In this document: positions 40,071 through 53,570 of the stretch, piece by piece
Layout: every line of letters starts with the position of its first letter
How positions within the stretch are numbered: the stretch's first letter is position 1
Origin: Ruditapes philippinarum
Lineage: Eukaryota
DNA length: 64,000 nt
Reading direction: 5' to 3'
Assembly: GCF_026571515.1 (NCBI RefSeq)
Contig: NW_026861528.1
Coordinates: 1-64,000 of the forward strand
The notes under the pieces: model-generated
What the model was told of the DNA's origin: nothing
The model's database searches: none
The model's input: only the letters and a program-made list of their open reading frames with translations
Position numbers and translations under genes: made by a program

Positions 40071-42030
40071 AACTAGAAATGTGTCCATAGGACACGGATG
40101 CCCCCACACGCCAATGTTCTGTCAATCTTATGACTCTAGGTCAAATATTGTTTTCATTAATTTTTTTGGAAAACAGTTTGGTTTGTGAAATATACATTAA
40201 ATAGTATGTAAGTACCTGTTGTTTGTAATAATCTTCTAGTCTTTGTTTAATCTTATACTGTACTTTTTTCTAGCTACATGTACCAGCCTTTCCAAGTGAA
40301 TATTAAAGTAAATGATCTTTTATTTCCCTGAAAATATCAATTTAGAGATTTCATTTTCAAATTCATCTAATACTACTTTCTTAGTGTGTGTATATACAAT
40401 GTATATATGTGTCTATACAATGTATATATATGTTTACACAATAATATGATTGTGTACAGCATGTAATGACATAATTAAAATTTGAAAAATTTATGATAAT
40501 AAAATATTAATAGTATTTCTTCATATTACTCCACAGTATTACGGTACCACTAAAATAGAAAATGTTCTATCATTTTATTATGATATTTATTTTTTTACAT
40601 GTAGATTTGTGAAAAAAATGTGAATATCAGTAGTGTCAAAAATTGTTAAATCATATAAAATGTCTAATTAACACTGATAAATTACTTCAACCATGTATTG
40701 AGAACAGGTATAGATCATTTTCAACAGTCTTGCTGTTGTGTTGACATTTTCGCGACATGGTTGTGTGCCTGCCTTGTAATCAAGAGGTCTTGGGTTCAAA
40801 TCCCTTTAAGTGCCTGAAGATTTTTCAGGTTAACAATTATCAAGGTGGCAGTGATTTTTTTTTCAACTTTCAAAACAACCTGTGGCTTTATAAATGGGAA
40901 ACTATAGCTTGATTAATCAGAAAAGAGGAAAAATTTCAACCACTGAAAATGGAATTTACCCATACATTTAAAAAAAGTGTAATTCAATTTAAAGGGGTTC
41001 CATTGAGGTATTTTGTCATGATGGGACTGAAATATTTTTTCCAGATAAATAATAATAATTTATAAAGGTCAAAATAAAATTATTCTGAAATATTCAAGAA
41101 TGTGCCCCATTTGGTAGAGACGTAACGGCCGTGACAGACAAAAAAATGTAGGCGTATATGCCGGTTTTCCTGTAAAGGCAGACATCTGTGTAATATCAAT
41201 TTGTAAAATCTGTCGATTTGCAGTCTAAGTATGATCGAAATGTCTTGGGTACGAAAGACTCGAGATCTCCAAATTACTTCGAAATTATTTACGAAAGTTT
41301 TAGTCCTCGGAAACAAATTGGCATCAATAAATAAACTTAAAATTATTATTCATCAAATTCATAACATATTTTGCTTTATAACTTCCTTTATGAGCTTAAC
41401 AGGCTGATAATTATGCTCGTGAAGTAGGTCAAAAAATATACCGGAAGTTGTCGGATTCATTAAACCCAATTATCGGCTAATTCAGAGACGAATAGATTAT
41501 CTACATCTCTGGCTAATTCTATTTCAATAATCCACTTTGCAATTATAAACTACAAAATTTATCCGATAATTAATGTCTTTTTCAAAAATTTCTGGAATAT
41601 AATACAAAAAAAAATGTGATGATAAGGCGGATGATTAAGTTAAATATTGCAAGCCGTCAAGCACTATGACCCAATTAATTTACTATCCCATTCATAGAAT
41701 TATGTGACCTTTCAAATTATATCCGCTACGTTTCTAATACCGTAATTCAAGCTCAATTGCACATTATTTTCAAAAAATAAATTTCTTGTCTCCTCTTCTG
41801 TTCGCAATAAATCGAAGTTTTCAGAAATTCAGAGCACTATTTTTCACTCGCGGCGGTTATGCGTCGGTCATGGTCGGGTGATCACTATGAATTCAGCTTA
41901 CCTTGATATGTTAGAATACAATATAGCATATAGAGTGGCGATGAAACGTCACAGCAGTGGGCGTTACCCTGTATGGTTGGAAATTTCGGGTTTGTAAGTG
42001 CACTAGTTGGGACTACGTCCCAACTAAAAA
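40071..42030. mobile_element. HINE/Helentron-like element
   Basis: aactagaaatgtgtcc start; terminal hairpin tagttgggactacgtcccaacta followed by an A-run. Pairing of the two ends is inferred. Confidence 0.45.
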
Positions 42031-42341
42031 CGATATTACACTAGTGTAATAACACCTTGACGTGACGTCATTTGCGCTATATAGAAACATAGCGTTAAAG
42101 CGCGCTAATGTTAGCATTACACTATAGGCGCATCATTGAAAAATTACTCATTTTTACAGTTTTTTGTTCTTATTTTATATATGTGATAAATAGAATATTA
42201 AATTCGTGTAGATTCAATACTAAATTTATTAAACTCGTTGAATAAAACAATATTATGCTCGCCAGAGGCTAGCATAATATGATTTTATTCAACTCGTTTA
42301 ATAAATTTAGTATTAAACTACACTCATTCAATATCCTCTAT
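42030..42341. mobile_element. Hairpin-ended (Crypton-like) fragment
   Basis: ~150-bp stem-loop 42191-42340 ending aatatcctcta, the same terminus as at ~15560. Confidence 0.55.
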
Positions 42342-43230
42342 ATCTGCAATGACGGTATACTTATATAAAGCTTGTTGTATGATTTATTTTACATTTGTTT
42401 TTATTCATTTGATTCAGGCAGTAATTTAATACCATGTAGTACATTTTACAATAATATATTAAATCCTTGTTTATTTACAGTATAATTTATACCATGTATA
42501 GACAATAACTTGCATGATTTTTCTACCCTGGAACGAAACATGGTCCCTTATTATCTTCTTCACTTGAACTTTTTCTTTTCACCATATGGTACTGTAGTGT
42601 TGCATATTGAATAGACCTCTTTACTTAGATAAACACTTCTTTCCAAAATATTGAAATTCATCAGTATTAACATAATGAATTATCATTAATAAACTTGTCG
42701 AATCTAAATTATAGATAAACTGTGTTTTCTGTCTCTATAAAAAGTCTTGTCTATTTCAAGAATGTTTCGATAAAGTGCATTGCTTGGTAATTTGTATAGT
42801 AAGGGAAACTGTAAGGTTAAAAGACCCGGGTGTGAAATGGGAAGTAAGACATTACCTGTCAATAGCTCAAAATTAATGATGTTAAAACGTTCCCAATATA
42901 TTTTTGAAGGAAGCAAAGATTAAAATAAATATTGGCTTAAAGAAATAAATCAGGAGAATTTATAATAAATTCGACATAATGCAACTTAAGGAAAGGGTGT
43001 GCAGGTGCTGTTGGTTGTAACGCCGCAACAACTACGCCTGTTAACATGTATCTGAATATGAACTATCGTAACATTGTATAAAATGTTAAGTTTGGTAAAC
43101 TGAAGTAAAAGGAAAACCATTTAACGGAATTTTTACTCAAATTATGTTTTACTTACATTGTTTATGCATTGTGTAATTTAATCTGGTTCCCAGCGTACTT
43201 CTGCAAGAGTACGTCTGGCGTGGCCCAAAA

Positions 43231-46200
43231 ATGGCGACCTCCAGTGTAAGTACAACGGATAGGAAAAAGTATAAATGTTTGGACCATTGGCTGAAATTAC
43301 AAAATAAAAGTTGTCTTATAAGCCTGAAACTGTAGCTCAGCAGTGATTTTGTCATAGATTTATTAATTTTTTGAGCAATTGCATTTTGATTCACTGTTAT
43401 AGTGTTCGGATGATGCGAATGTAATGCCAATTTCGGATACTAAACCAAACTATATACGCTTGTAGATCTATCATAAAAATATAGTGAGAACAACTTTCTA
43501 CGGTATTTAAAACTTATAGATACATTGTGTCCTAAACTTGGCAACAATGAACTGGATGGTATCCAGTGATACCCCTGTTTTATACAGATAATACTTCATA
43601 CTGGAGACATGACAAGTGCATTATAATACAGTCTGATTTAGCCAACACTGTCTGCAAGTGCATCTTATCAGTAATGTTAACCAGTATGAAGGGGGACCAA
43701 GAAGCTTGGGCAGTTTTGTTCATTTATACTAATATTTATGAAAGTTATGTTTTGACATCTGCTGGTAGTATAAGATCCAAGTACATGTATAACAACATAG
43801 ATACCGTATTTTTCATTGAACGTTGGATAGAGCTCCTATCCTAACTTTAAAACCAGCACAACAAACTCAACTTCTAAAATGTTGACAGGTCAGGTGAAAA
43901 TTGTTTCGTTTACATATTGTATACAATTAACTTTAAAGGGACTCGCTTATGTTTTTGTAACTTTAAATGAAATGAAGTGTGGCGAATCATTGGGATTGTT
44001 AAACCCATGTTTTAAATTATTTGCCACCTTTTGTTTGCATACAAAATACATTTTGTACAATAATTGTGTTTTTTCTGCTATTTCGATATCATGGAGTAAG
44101 ATAATGAATAAAATTCAGTGTTTTCAGATGCATTACTGTGAAAACTCATTTTTGGTTCCAAAACATGAGGGAGTCCCTTTTAAAGAGTTTCTGTCCATAA
44201 AACCATTATGCACCAGTCAATTGTAACCAAGGGAACCTAGATAAGGCCTTTTCCCTGCTATATTTTACACGAAGAAAAAACACCGCATTCACTCGGCACT
44301 GCAGGGCCACCTGAAAGGTAAAATACACGGCCCTTTCCCCCCGATATACCCCGGACCTGGGGGGGGGGAGGGGCGTGGTTACAATTGACTGGTGCATTAG
44401 TCAAACACAACTTTTAATGTAAATGTGTAAATTTAGTATTTTTTATTTTTTGAGCTTCTTGCTTTTAAATTTAAATTCATTCTTTCATATGTCTGTAGGC
44501 GTGTAGCATTAACATCATTTGACCTTCAATTATTTCAGGAAAGAAGAATTGCAGATGCAATAACAAATTATAATATACATGTGGGAGCCAAGATCTCAAC
44601 TCTGAAAGAAAATCAGAGAAGTGCTGTAAAATATTTAGTGAGGGCAAGGACTGCATCTGCTCCCTTCCCACTGGTTATGGCAAATCACTGATATATGAAT
44701 TACTGCCTTTCCTTGACACTGGGTGTCTAGTTGTTGTAGTAGTTCCTCTAAATGCAATTCTAAACCAGCAGATGGAAAAGTTAGGTGATTTAGCTATGTC
44801 CCTTTGCCCTGGGAAAGTTGACTTCAATAAACTTAAGACTGGCAAATATAGTTACCTTTTTTGCCACCCTGAACAAATTCTAGACAATAAAGCTCTTAAT
44901 GAGGTTTTTCGCACAGAGGGACTCAGTGGAAGGAAAATTTATCTTGTGGTAGATGAGGCCCATTGCATACTGGAGTGGGGAGAGGAGTTTCGTCCGGACT
45001 TCAAACGATTGTTTCAATTAAGATCACTATGTAAATGCCAAGTACTGGCTTTGTCTGCAACAGTTACAGATGCTGGTAAAAAATGTATTTGTTCAAGTCT
45101 TCTTATGAAAAATGTTGAGATAATAAGTGAAAGTCCGGCCAAAGACAATATCAGTCTTACAGTGAAAAGACGACCAAGTCCTACTGCAAGTGGAAACAGT
45201 TCTACAACACCCTACGATTATATTTTTCATCCTGTTATAACAAAGTTGAAGCATGAATTACAAGATTTTGAGATCACCATCATTTATTGTAAATCCATGC
45301 AGTGGATAGGTTATGGCTACGAGACAGCCAGAAGAATCCTTGGCACGGACTTCTACGCAGGTGATAGCAAACTTGAGCATGCTCGAGTGGTGATGTTTCA
45401 CTCTTCTATGGAAAAAGAATCTGGCCAGGTTTGTATTTGGGTTTTAACAGTTTATTCATTTCAAAATATATACTTGTTTAGGACAGACTTGAATACCATT
45501 GTGGTTTTATGTCTTATTTCACTAAAACGGCTTGTACAATACATAAAAATAAAGTAATGATCATTTCAGATTATCAATGTTTATTAAAACAAAATAATTT
45601 TTTTTAACAGCAACTACATTGATGTTGTTTTAAGCTTACAATTATAACTTCTATTAATATAAATGTGTAATACCAGTAAATAACATCCTTGCCATTCTTA
45701 TAATATACAATACAGATTTTTGGATTGGTATGCAGTATGGATTAGGTACACGTTTTTCAAACTGATCCGATCTACAATCTAAACAATTAATCTTTTCATC
45801 AAACACAAAGTTTGTACAATTCTATTTCAATAAATATCTTCAAATTTTTATCAAGCTTTTTGACCACATAAAGTATCCACTGATGATCCTGTATAAACAA
45901 AATCATGTACCTTGTTACAGCTGAAGAACATGATACTGACATCACTTCAAAAACCAGATGCAGAATGTCGGATAAGGCTCATTATTTCATCTGTTGCATT
46001 AGGAATGGGGGCAGACTTGAAAAACGTTAAAAGGATAATACATGCAGGACCACCAACTAGTTTAGAAAGTAAGTTTAATGTACATTTAAATAAAAAACAT
46101 ATACCTTCCCACATGTTTTCACCATGAATTGTAGATGTAGAAATACGTTTAAGCTAGTTAACTTTATTTTTCGTGTTAAAGCTGCACTCTCACAGATATA

Positions 46201-47332
46201 TTGTTTCGACAACTTTTTAATTTTTTGTCTTTGAATTAGCCAATGTTTGCATAAATATCTGTAAACAAGTGAAATGTGATAGCTAACAAAAGATCAGATC
46301 ACAGTTTCCACATTTTACTTTCAAAATATATTTAACGCTTTAATGCTGCACTCTCACATATTGAACGGTTTAGGACATAAAACATTAATTTTCGAACGGA
46401 AATATAAAAATCTGCAATCTGATATTTTGTAAGCAATCTTTAATCATTGTTTTGCAGATATCTAAGACAAAAAAATAAATAAATGTAAAAACGGTATATC
46501 TTTTAGTGTGCAGCTTTAAAAAATGAGTTTTGGGCATAAAAAACAACAGTACATATGAAAACCTGTAATCGGATCTTTTGTCAGCAGTGTTATAACAATG
46601 GTTTCTAGACATTAATGCAAAAACTGGCTGATTCTAAGACCAAAAAAAGATTTAAAAACGGTATTATCAGGTAAATATCTGCGAGTGCCCCTTTAAGTAA
46701 ATTTACAAAATATTCTTTATACTTCTGGTACACTCACAGCCAAGTTGTAATCTTTCTTACTAATTATGCCATTTTAATTTTCGTTAAAAACTACAATCAA
46801 AATATAATGGAGTCCTTGCATAGTTAGTTATTTTCTATGTCCCAAACAGAAAAGCAACATTACAACAACTCTGTAACAAACATCTTCATTTGTTGCCTTT
46901 TATAAAAAATCAGATAATGTGTTTGTTTTGATTATAAAACATGTGGCACTTGTGATTCTATAACCACTCTGAACACCACATGGAACAACATAATCAGAGT
47001 TCATTGAATACATAATACTTTAATATAGTGCTTTTAATATGTGCATCTTAACTGTTCTTTTGTTTTCAGCATATATTCAAGAGATTGGTCGTGCTGGACG
47101 AACAGGGTCTGTGGCAGAAGCAGTTCTCTACTTCAATAATTCTGACATATCAGGTCAATGTATGAGAAAGGATATGCAAGATTACTGTAGAAACAATGAA
47201 AAGTGTCGCAGGGATATCATCAATGATCATTTTGGCTTCCAAACCAAGGAAAAACCAACAATCTGCTGCAATTTTTGTGACTCTCAACTGTGTATTGAAT
47301 GGGATTTTTCTAATTTAGCAATAAATAAGTGA
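43231..47332 (+). CDS. RecQ-like SF2 helicase of the transposon; exons 43231-43245 (putative), 44539-45428, 45921-46068, 47070-47332; one frameshift ~44630
   Basis: Q motif LKENQ, Walker A LPTGYGKS, DEAH, WGEEFRP, LSAT, ALGMG, QEIGRAGR and the RecQ Zn-binding CRR...CCNFC. Intron phases 0/0/1 are consistent. Confidence 0.9.
43937..44179. mobile_element. Kolobok-like MITE in helicase intron 1
   Basis: TTAA-AGGGACTC...GAGTCCCT-TTTAA. Confidence 0.65.
44209..44396. mobile_element. MITE with 21-bp TIR and TTA TSD (PIF/Harbinger-like)
   Basis: TGCACCAGTCAATTGTAACCA / TGGTTACAATTGACTGGTGCA. Confidence 0.75.
46176..46696. mobile_element. Nested Kolobok-like MITEs in helicase intron 3
   Basis: ttaaagctgcactctcac starts (~46176, ~46340) and ends gtgtgcagctttaa (~46519) and gagtgcccctttaa (~46696). 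Confidence 0.6.
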
Positions 47333-47595
47333 AAAATCTCAATTAGGTTCTTCAGCACAGGAACAGATTTTGATGCACAAATAAAAGTTTAACAAAGTGT
47401 TCTTGTAAAAGATTTTTTTTAAATTACTGAAACATTACTTTCTAACCAAGTGTTCATTGTGTCATGCATAATAAAATGTAAATGCTCATGTACAGTACAC
47501 AATACATCATCATATTTTAATTACATATTATGTTTAACTGTACTAAAATTATGATGTGTTGCTCAATTACAGTTAGTTACTGTATCAATTATTGT

Positions 47596-49321
47596 TCAAA
47601 GTTCATAATGTAGCAGCATTTTGTGATGCAGAATCCATTTCAATATATCAGCCATATACAATTTCTTAATAGGATTTTTTGGTACTTTTTTCAGAGATTC
47701 AGACTGACGACCACACACTTCCATGAATGGTTTTATTTGTCTCAGGTCTCTGATAATTTGTTTTTCATCCTCGAATGAAGATAGTTTTTTGTGTTTTGTG
47801 AGCACGCTGTACAACCCCAGTTTTTTTGTCAAAGTTGTTTGATATTTCCTCCATCCCAAAGAAAGCACTACTTCTTTTTACCAATGATTTATCAGTCACA
47901 TTTGATCCCATTGACCGTAAATGTCCTTTGGTCAATCTTACAATATGTTCCATTTGAAGATCTGCAAGAATGATAGTTCTACCAGTGTTAACAAACAGTC
48001 CATAAATGCTTTCATTTGCTGTTTTTTCACTCAAGAGGGCAAATTGCTGACATAACAGTCTTAAAATCTCAAGAGCATATTTTGACTTATTCTTATGGCC
48101 TTTCAACACCAGCATGATATACTTCATGTGACAGAGCAAACGAATCCGACTTGGTGATTTCACAATGTCACATAGTTCGAGAAAAATGAGTCCAAGTTCC
48201 AATACAACTTTACTATATGACAATACAGCGTCAGTTCCATTAACATCCACATCTTCACTTGATATGTGCCGCCTGCTTTCAGATATTATGTTTTAAACAA
48301 GTGGTTGTACAAAAGTCGTCATCCAATGCTTTATTTCATTGTTTGTCATATTTTTGTGGTCTGGGAGGTTTTCTGGGGCTGTGTCAGTGTTCTTCAAATC
48401 AAAATACTGACATGTTGCTTCGACAATGTACGCCCTTATGAATGAAACTGCTAGGTCTCGACAGCTATCATAATGATTTTTGACGTCTTTACCTTCAGCA
48501 TGTTTTCGCAAAAGTCTTACTTTCTGTGAGTAAAGTGTGAATGGCTCTGTACAGTCCGCTTTGTAAAGTATGTCAAAGAATGTTGCTAAAACAGTCATTT
48601 GAACATGGAACAGCTCAAATGTTATTGGAGATAGATTTTCAAACCTCTCGGATGCAGTCAGGGCTGCTGCTCTTAGTCTTTTTGCACCAGAAAACCTTTC
48701 TCTAGTGAGCTGGTCACCCCCTATGTGAATTTGAGGAACTTGGAGTCCAGAACCTTGATATAAGGTCTCACCTAAATCTTGGTATGTGTCCAAAATATCT
48801 ACAACATCAGCATATTTCTGTTCATTTTTATGCTGTATTTGAAGGGGTATGACTGTGTTTTTCAGTTTCATTTTCAAAGGTGTTCCCCCTTGAATTTCAT
48901 TACTTACAGCTGATTTGGCAAAATTTAGCCATGGAAAAAAGTCTGTTAATACCCTTGAAACAAGAATGCACATATCACTTGTTATCACTTTCCAGTCATT
49001 ATCATGCATAATGAATTGCTCGGCTGGAAGCTGCTCAAGGTTGCACTGGGGTATTGTGTCTGAACAGTCATTGAATGAAACATTTTGAACAATGGCAGCA
49101 GATCCAAACCAATGTTCCATATGGCCAGCTTTACCTGTACTTTTTCTCTCGTTCGTGACTCCAATATTGAAGTTAATATTGTCTCCAACTATTCGAAATT
49201 TCTTGCCCTCTTGTATGGAATTGATCAGCTCAGTGTTAAAGCTGCCTGATATGGCTGACATAGTCTCCAACATGCCAGAATGGCTAAGTGATATACCCAG
49301 AGGCTGTAGCCGGTCATACAC
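47596..49321 (-). pseudogene. Academ-type DDE transposase catalytic exon (DUF6589-like) with one in-frame stop (48293-48295) and one frameshift (~47795)
   Basis: Motifs VGDNINF, GGDQLTRER, FELFH and DLQMEH. Splice acceptor at 49322-49323. ORFs 48293-49321 and 47765-48250 share a frame. Confidence 0.85.
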
Positions 49322-50349
49322 CTGTTGGATAGAGAAAACATATAAAATAGATAGTGTGTGTGTTGAGGATTACACCATATTACATCTCCTTACATTGAAG
49401 GTCAGTCTTTTTGGTTCAGAACAAGTACTAATTTAAGTTCACTGCAAAAACGTACAAGCCTATATTTAGTATTTATTTGTACAGGTAATACTTATTTTTT
49501 ACATTTCTAAGGAGCACCAACTGTCATCAGAAAATATGCCCCACCTAAATGTACGACAACAAGTTTGGTGATAGGTGGTTGTATGTTAAATGCTACAATG
49601 GACACTGCAAAGACAGTTTCAATGGTCCTTTCTCTTGAAGGACTGATGCTTAAAAATTGGTTATGAAATATAACATAACAGTGATTTATAGTGAAACTTT
49701 TTGTAAATTAAATTAAATAATTAATGACTCCTGGCTGCTTTAATATCAAAATCATATTCAATTATAAACATAAACATGACATAAAGAGACCTATTGAAGA
49801 CTTTGAATAGAAAAAAGCCCTGGTCTGTCACATTTACCCAAAATAGGTTGTTTCTTTGACGGTGATATCCTGTGGTCGAACTTCATTAACTGTTCAAAGT
49901 GAAGAGAAGAACCAGCAGGTGAACAGGAAAACATCAGCTAGAACTTGGAACGTAACTGCTTTAGAACATTGAGAAAACGTCAGCTATAACTTGGAACTTA
50001 ACTGTATAACATGAAAAACAAGGGTTTCAACTATAACACAAGCAATTGGATGCTGAACTATATTTAAAGTAACATGCTTCGAAAAACTTCATAAATGTCT
50101 TATGATATTATATACATTTATGTGTGGTGTGCATATTACTGTATCTATTTTAATTTGTATGTTATTTGTCAAGTTCTCATTTATTGTCATATATTGTTTC
50201 CTTTATCAATGGTTACACCTGGAGAATATATACCTCATAGTAATGAAATAGTAAGGTTCATACATTTATGCATGTTTGTATAATATAAGTGCATGGTTTG
50301 TATTCTTAATTCACTATTACGGCATTTAAAGGAATTTTAAATTTTTGTT

Positions 50350-53300
50350 GATTGGCCTTTTTTAAAAGACAAATTCATTATTAAAAGAAAAAAAAACCCT
50401 TTTTAGGCCAAACTTTTTAACTACCGGGCCTTTGCAAAAAATTCTGAAACAGTTTTGGGCCAATGAAACCAAAACCATATACCTTTTGGTGGGGCGTTCA
50501 TTTTCCCCCCTTTTAAAACTGCAAACAACCCTTTTTTTGGACACTGGAAACCAATTCATGGAAACCCTTCATTTCAACCCCATCCCCAAAATTTTACTGT
50601 ACCCACCCCACTGGCCCAACAAAACTCTGTTTCAGCAAAATTTTTCCAAAATTTTTCCATTTTGGAAGGGGCAACCCAATTTTAAAATTTCAGCCAGAAA
50701 ATTTTGCTTGTCTGTCACTTTTCAGCTACAATATTGTCCCAACTGAAAGTTGCTAGCTTTTCATATTGTTTTTTTTTGATTTAAAACACTCCTTCTGGTT
50801 GCACATTCTCTGGCCTTCCATTTCTACGTCATATAGCACCAAGGCACTTTCAATTCCTCTGCTAGAGACGAGCTCATTAAATCCTCTGGCAATTTGTTGA
50901 GGACTGCCTCTACCTGTTGCAAAATAAGTAACCACCATTACAGTTCTTTCCACAGTAAGACAACTTGAACAGCTGATTTCCATCAATGCCTGTAGTCATG
51001 CAAGATTTCATTCGTAATAACAATTTTTAATACCTAAAAACTTGTTTTATTAGCCCCAATCTTTCAACAGTTTTAAAAGGGAAATCTGATCTGGAATGAA
51101 TTAAAGCTGAAGCTCTGCCTAACTCCATATAATAAGTGTATAAAGAATAATTATTGGTTTTTCTTTTTTTAACTTACAAAGCAACTCCACCAAATGAGCC
51201 TTTTCACCGTCCTTGAGCTCAGCATAATGACGAAAACGTCTTAAAGCAGCCTTGTGAATAGACTCTGCACCCTTGCCAGCTTTTTTCTGGAGTAAGACAA
51301 AAATCAAGTTGGATTGTCTTGGAAAAAACTTGATTTCTTGTAACAAGCAGAATACTTGACAACATCAGTCATTGGAAAACCTTGTGCAAAAAACTTGAAA
51401 GAAAAGTGGATTGAATCAAAATAAAAAAAATAATTTTGCATTTATCTAAACAATTGTTTTACTAATGGCACATACATTTAATAGTGACAACCGAAGAATA
51501 TTAATTGCATTTGCAATATTATCTTGCTTTGATCAAGGGCTCTTATTCGGCCATTTGAATTAAGATATACACACAAACATTCAATTTAAAGCCCACATCA
51601 TAACATCATGTGTACATGTATAACATCTAAAATGTTTCTAATTTTTGCTGCTTAGCATGAATTACTATGTATATCTTCAGATATATCAGAAAGTTTTAAT
51701 ATTACAATAAGAATTTACAAAGTATTTTCTATTTAAAAAACAAAATATTTAAACACCTTACAATATTATTTACCTTAAGTTCTTTTTTTGGCTCCAAAAA
51801 TATCCATTCACCTTCCTCATGAAACACTTGACCTGAAACTGAAAAACCACAGAGAATGAGTGTTGGTATATCAAATAACCCGATACCTGACACTCTACAA
51901 ATTGTAGAGTCAACATTAACATTTTTCATATACATTATCTAAGTGTTATCATTTTGGACCAGCAATGTCACACGGGGGCCCCAATTTAACATCCCTCACA
52001 GATTTGCTTGATACATCAGTTCACTTATTGCATTACCCATTCACTGGTGGCCATTACATACCTGTATATGGTTTGGACAATGTTTCAATATTTCATTACC
52101 AACTGTTAACATTCTCAACAATTTACCTGGTAGATATAGGGAGCACTATGTCAGTCTGAGTTCCTTGATCCACTGATTTCACTATTTCTCCTGAAGAGGA
52201 AGGGATCTGTTCAGTGATGTCCAGTCTCTTAAATGCATTTTTGCAGGAACGGCCTGTTAAACAATAAACTCATTTACAAATATGTTTTTTAAAAATGAGT
52301 TACCATGTTCAGAGTATTAAGAAACTATTGTGCTATCTATCAATTTAATACCAGAAATCCACATCCATTACAGTTGTATTACTAAATGTTTTTATAACAT
52401 GTTCAAAGGCTTAACAATGCTGCAGAAATGGTGAATTGTCTATATTAAAGTACAAAATTGTTCATAAAAGCCGAATTTCCAATAACTATCTGTCACCATG
52501 GAAGCAACATGGATAACAGTATGTTCAAAATGTATTCAACCACCTTCATTTGTTCCTATCACAAGTGTGTGTCACATTGCCATTGAATACAGTAATGTAC
52601 ATATTTTTATTTTTAACATTTTTTTTTTATTTTTTATAATTTATTTATTTTGGTCAATATGATGAATATAATTATGTCTTATGAAAAATTATTCCACAAT
52701 TTTTCATGAAAGAAAATTACTATCTTTATTTTATACAATAATTATACTAATTTTTTTTCATGAAAAATTGTGGAATATTTTTTATAAATATGACATTGAA
52801 TCACTATCTTGACCAAAAATATAAATAATAAAAATATAAAAAATATAAAAAAATATAAAAAATAAAAAAAATATATTCAGGCAATATGACGAGCGCCTGT
52901 GGTTAAACTAAACCTGAAATAATTTCTCTTAAAACTCGTAATATGTTTATCTTACCTGTCCTTAGATTCACAGGAAATTTGACATTCATTGCCTCGGCAC
53001 ATTTTGTCCAGTACATAGTATCTGTACCATGTTGCTCATTACATCTTACATACTGGTGAAGGAACTGCTTTTCTTGGATCGACCAAGGGCAATGTCTGGC
53101 CACACGGTCCTGTAATAAAAATTAGTTAGTTTTTTTGTGTTTTTCATTTTTAAATTTAGCATTTATGTTAGGAAAACTATTTCGAAACATCAAATACATA
53201 CCATCTCTCCCATTTTTTTTCTACCTTTAATATATATATTATTTTTTATGTTCTTTAGAAAATAAGTCCAAAATGCTAATAGGATTTTTCAAACAAAGAG

Positions 53301-53570
53301 GTAGATCAATGGTTTGTATTAAAAAGCATACAGTTATACCGGGGTATTTCAGAATATACAAAATCAGAAGTTTACCTCACACAATGATGTGCGTTTAGAC
53401 ACCTGAACTGGAGTTTTGCCTGTTGGTGTGCTGCTCTCTCGTTTCCGTTTGGATTTTGTTGGCGTTTGTTTGAGCTTTGATGGTGACTTCACATATGAGT
53501 GCTCAATACTGTCTCTCACAATTTTTGGCAGACGTTCTTCTGGATCAAACCTCGGATATGTGTGGTCCAT
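50350..53570 (-). CDS. Upstream exons on the transposase strand, including a Myb/SANT domain; exons 53570-53376, 53109-52956, 52253-~51774, then degraded exons ~51395-51175 and ~50989-50350
   Basis: Phase-consistent splicing gives ...PWSIQEKQFLHQYV...YWTKCAEAMNVKFPVNLRT/GRSCKNAFKRL. The later exons are frameshifted. Confidence 0.65.
52575..52890. repeat. AT-rich imperfect palindrome (MITE-like) in an intron
   Basis: attccacaatttttcatgaaa / tttcatgaaaaattgtggaat and ttttggtcaa / ttgaccaaaa. Confidence 0.6.

Noticed and set aside
40755-40815. tRNA-like sequence with B-box GGTTCAAATCC
   Set aside because: No complete cloverleaf; at most a decayed tRNA-derived fragment within a repeat.
44772-47332. 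Host RecQ/WRN/BLM gene
   Set aside because: Minimal helicase without HRDC or exonuclease domains, enclosed with a transposase by a TSD.
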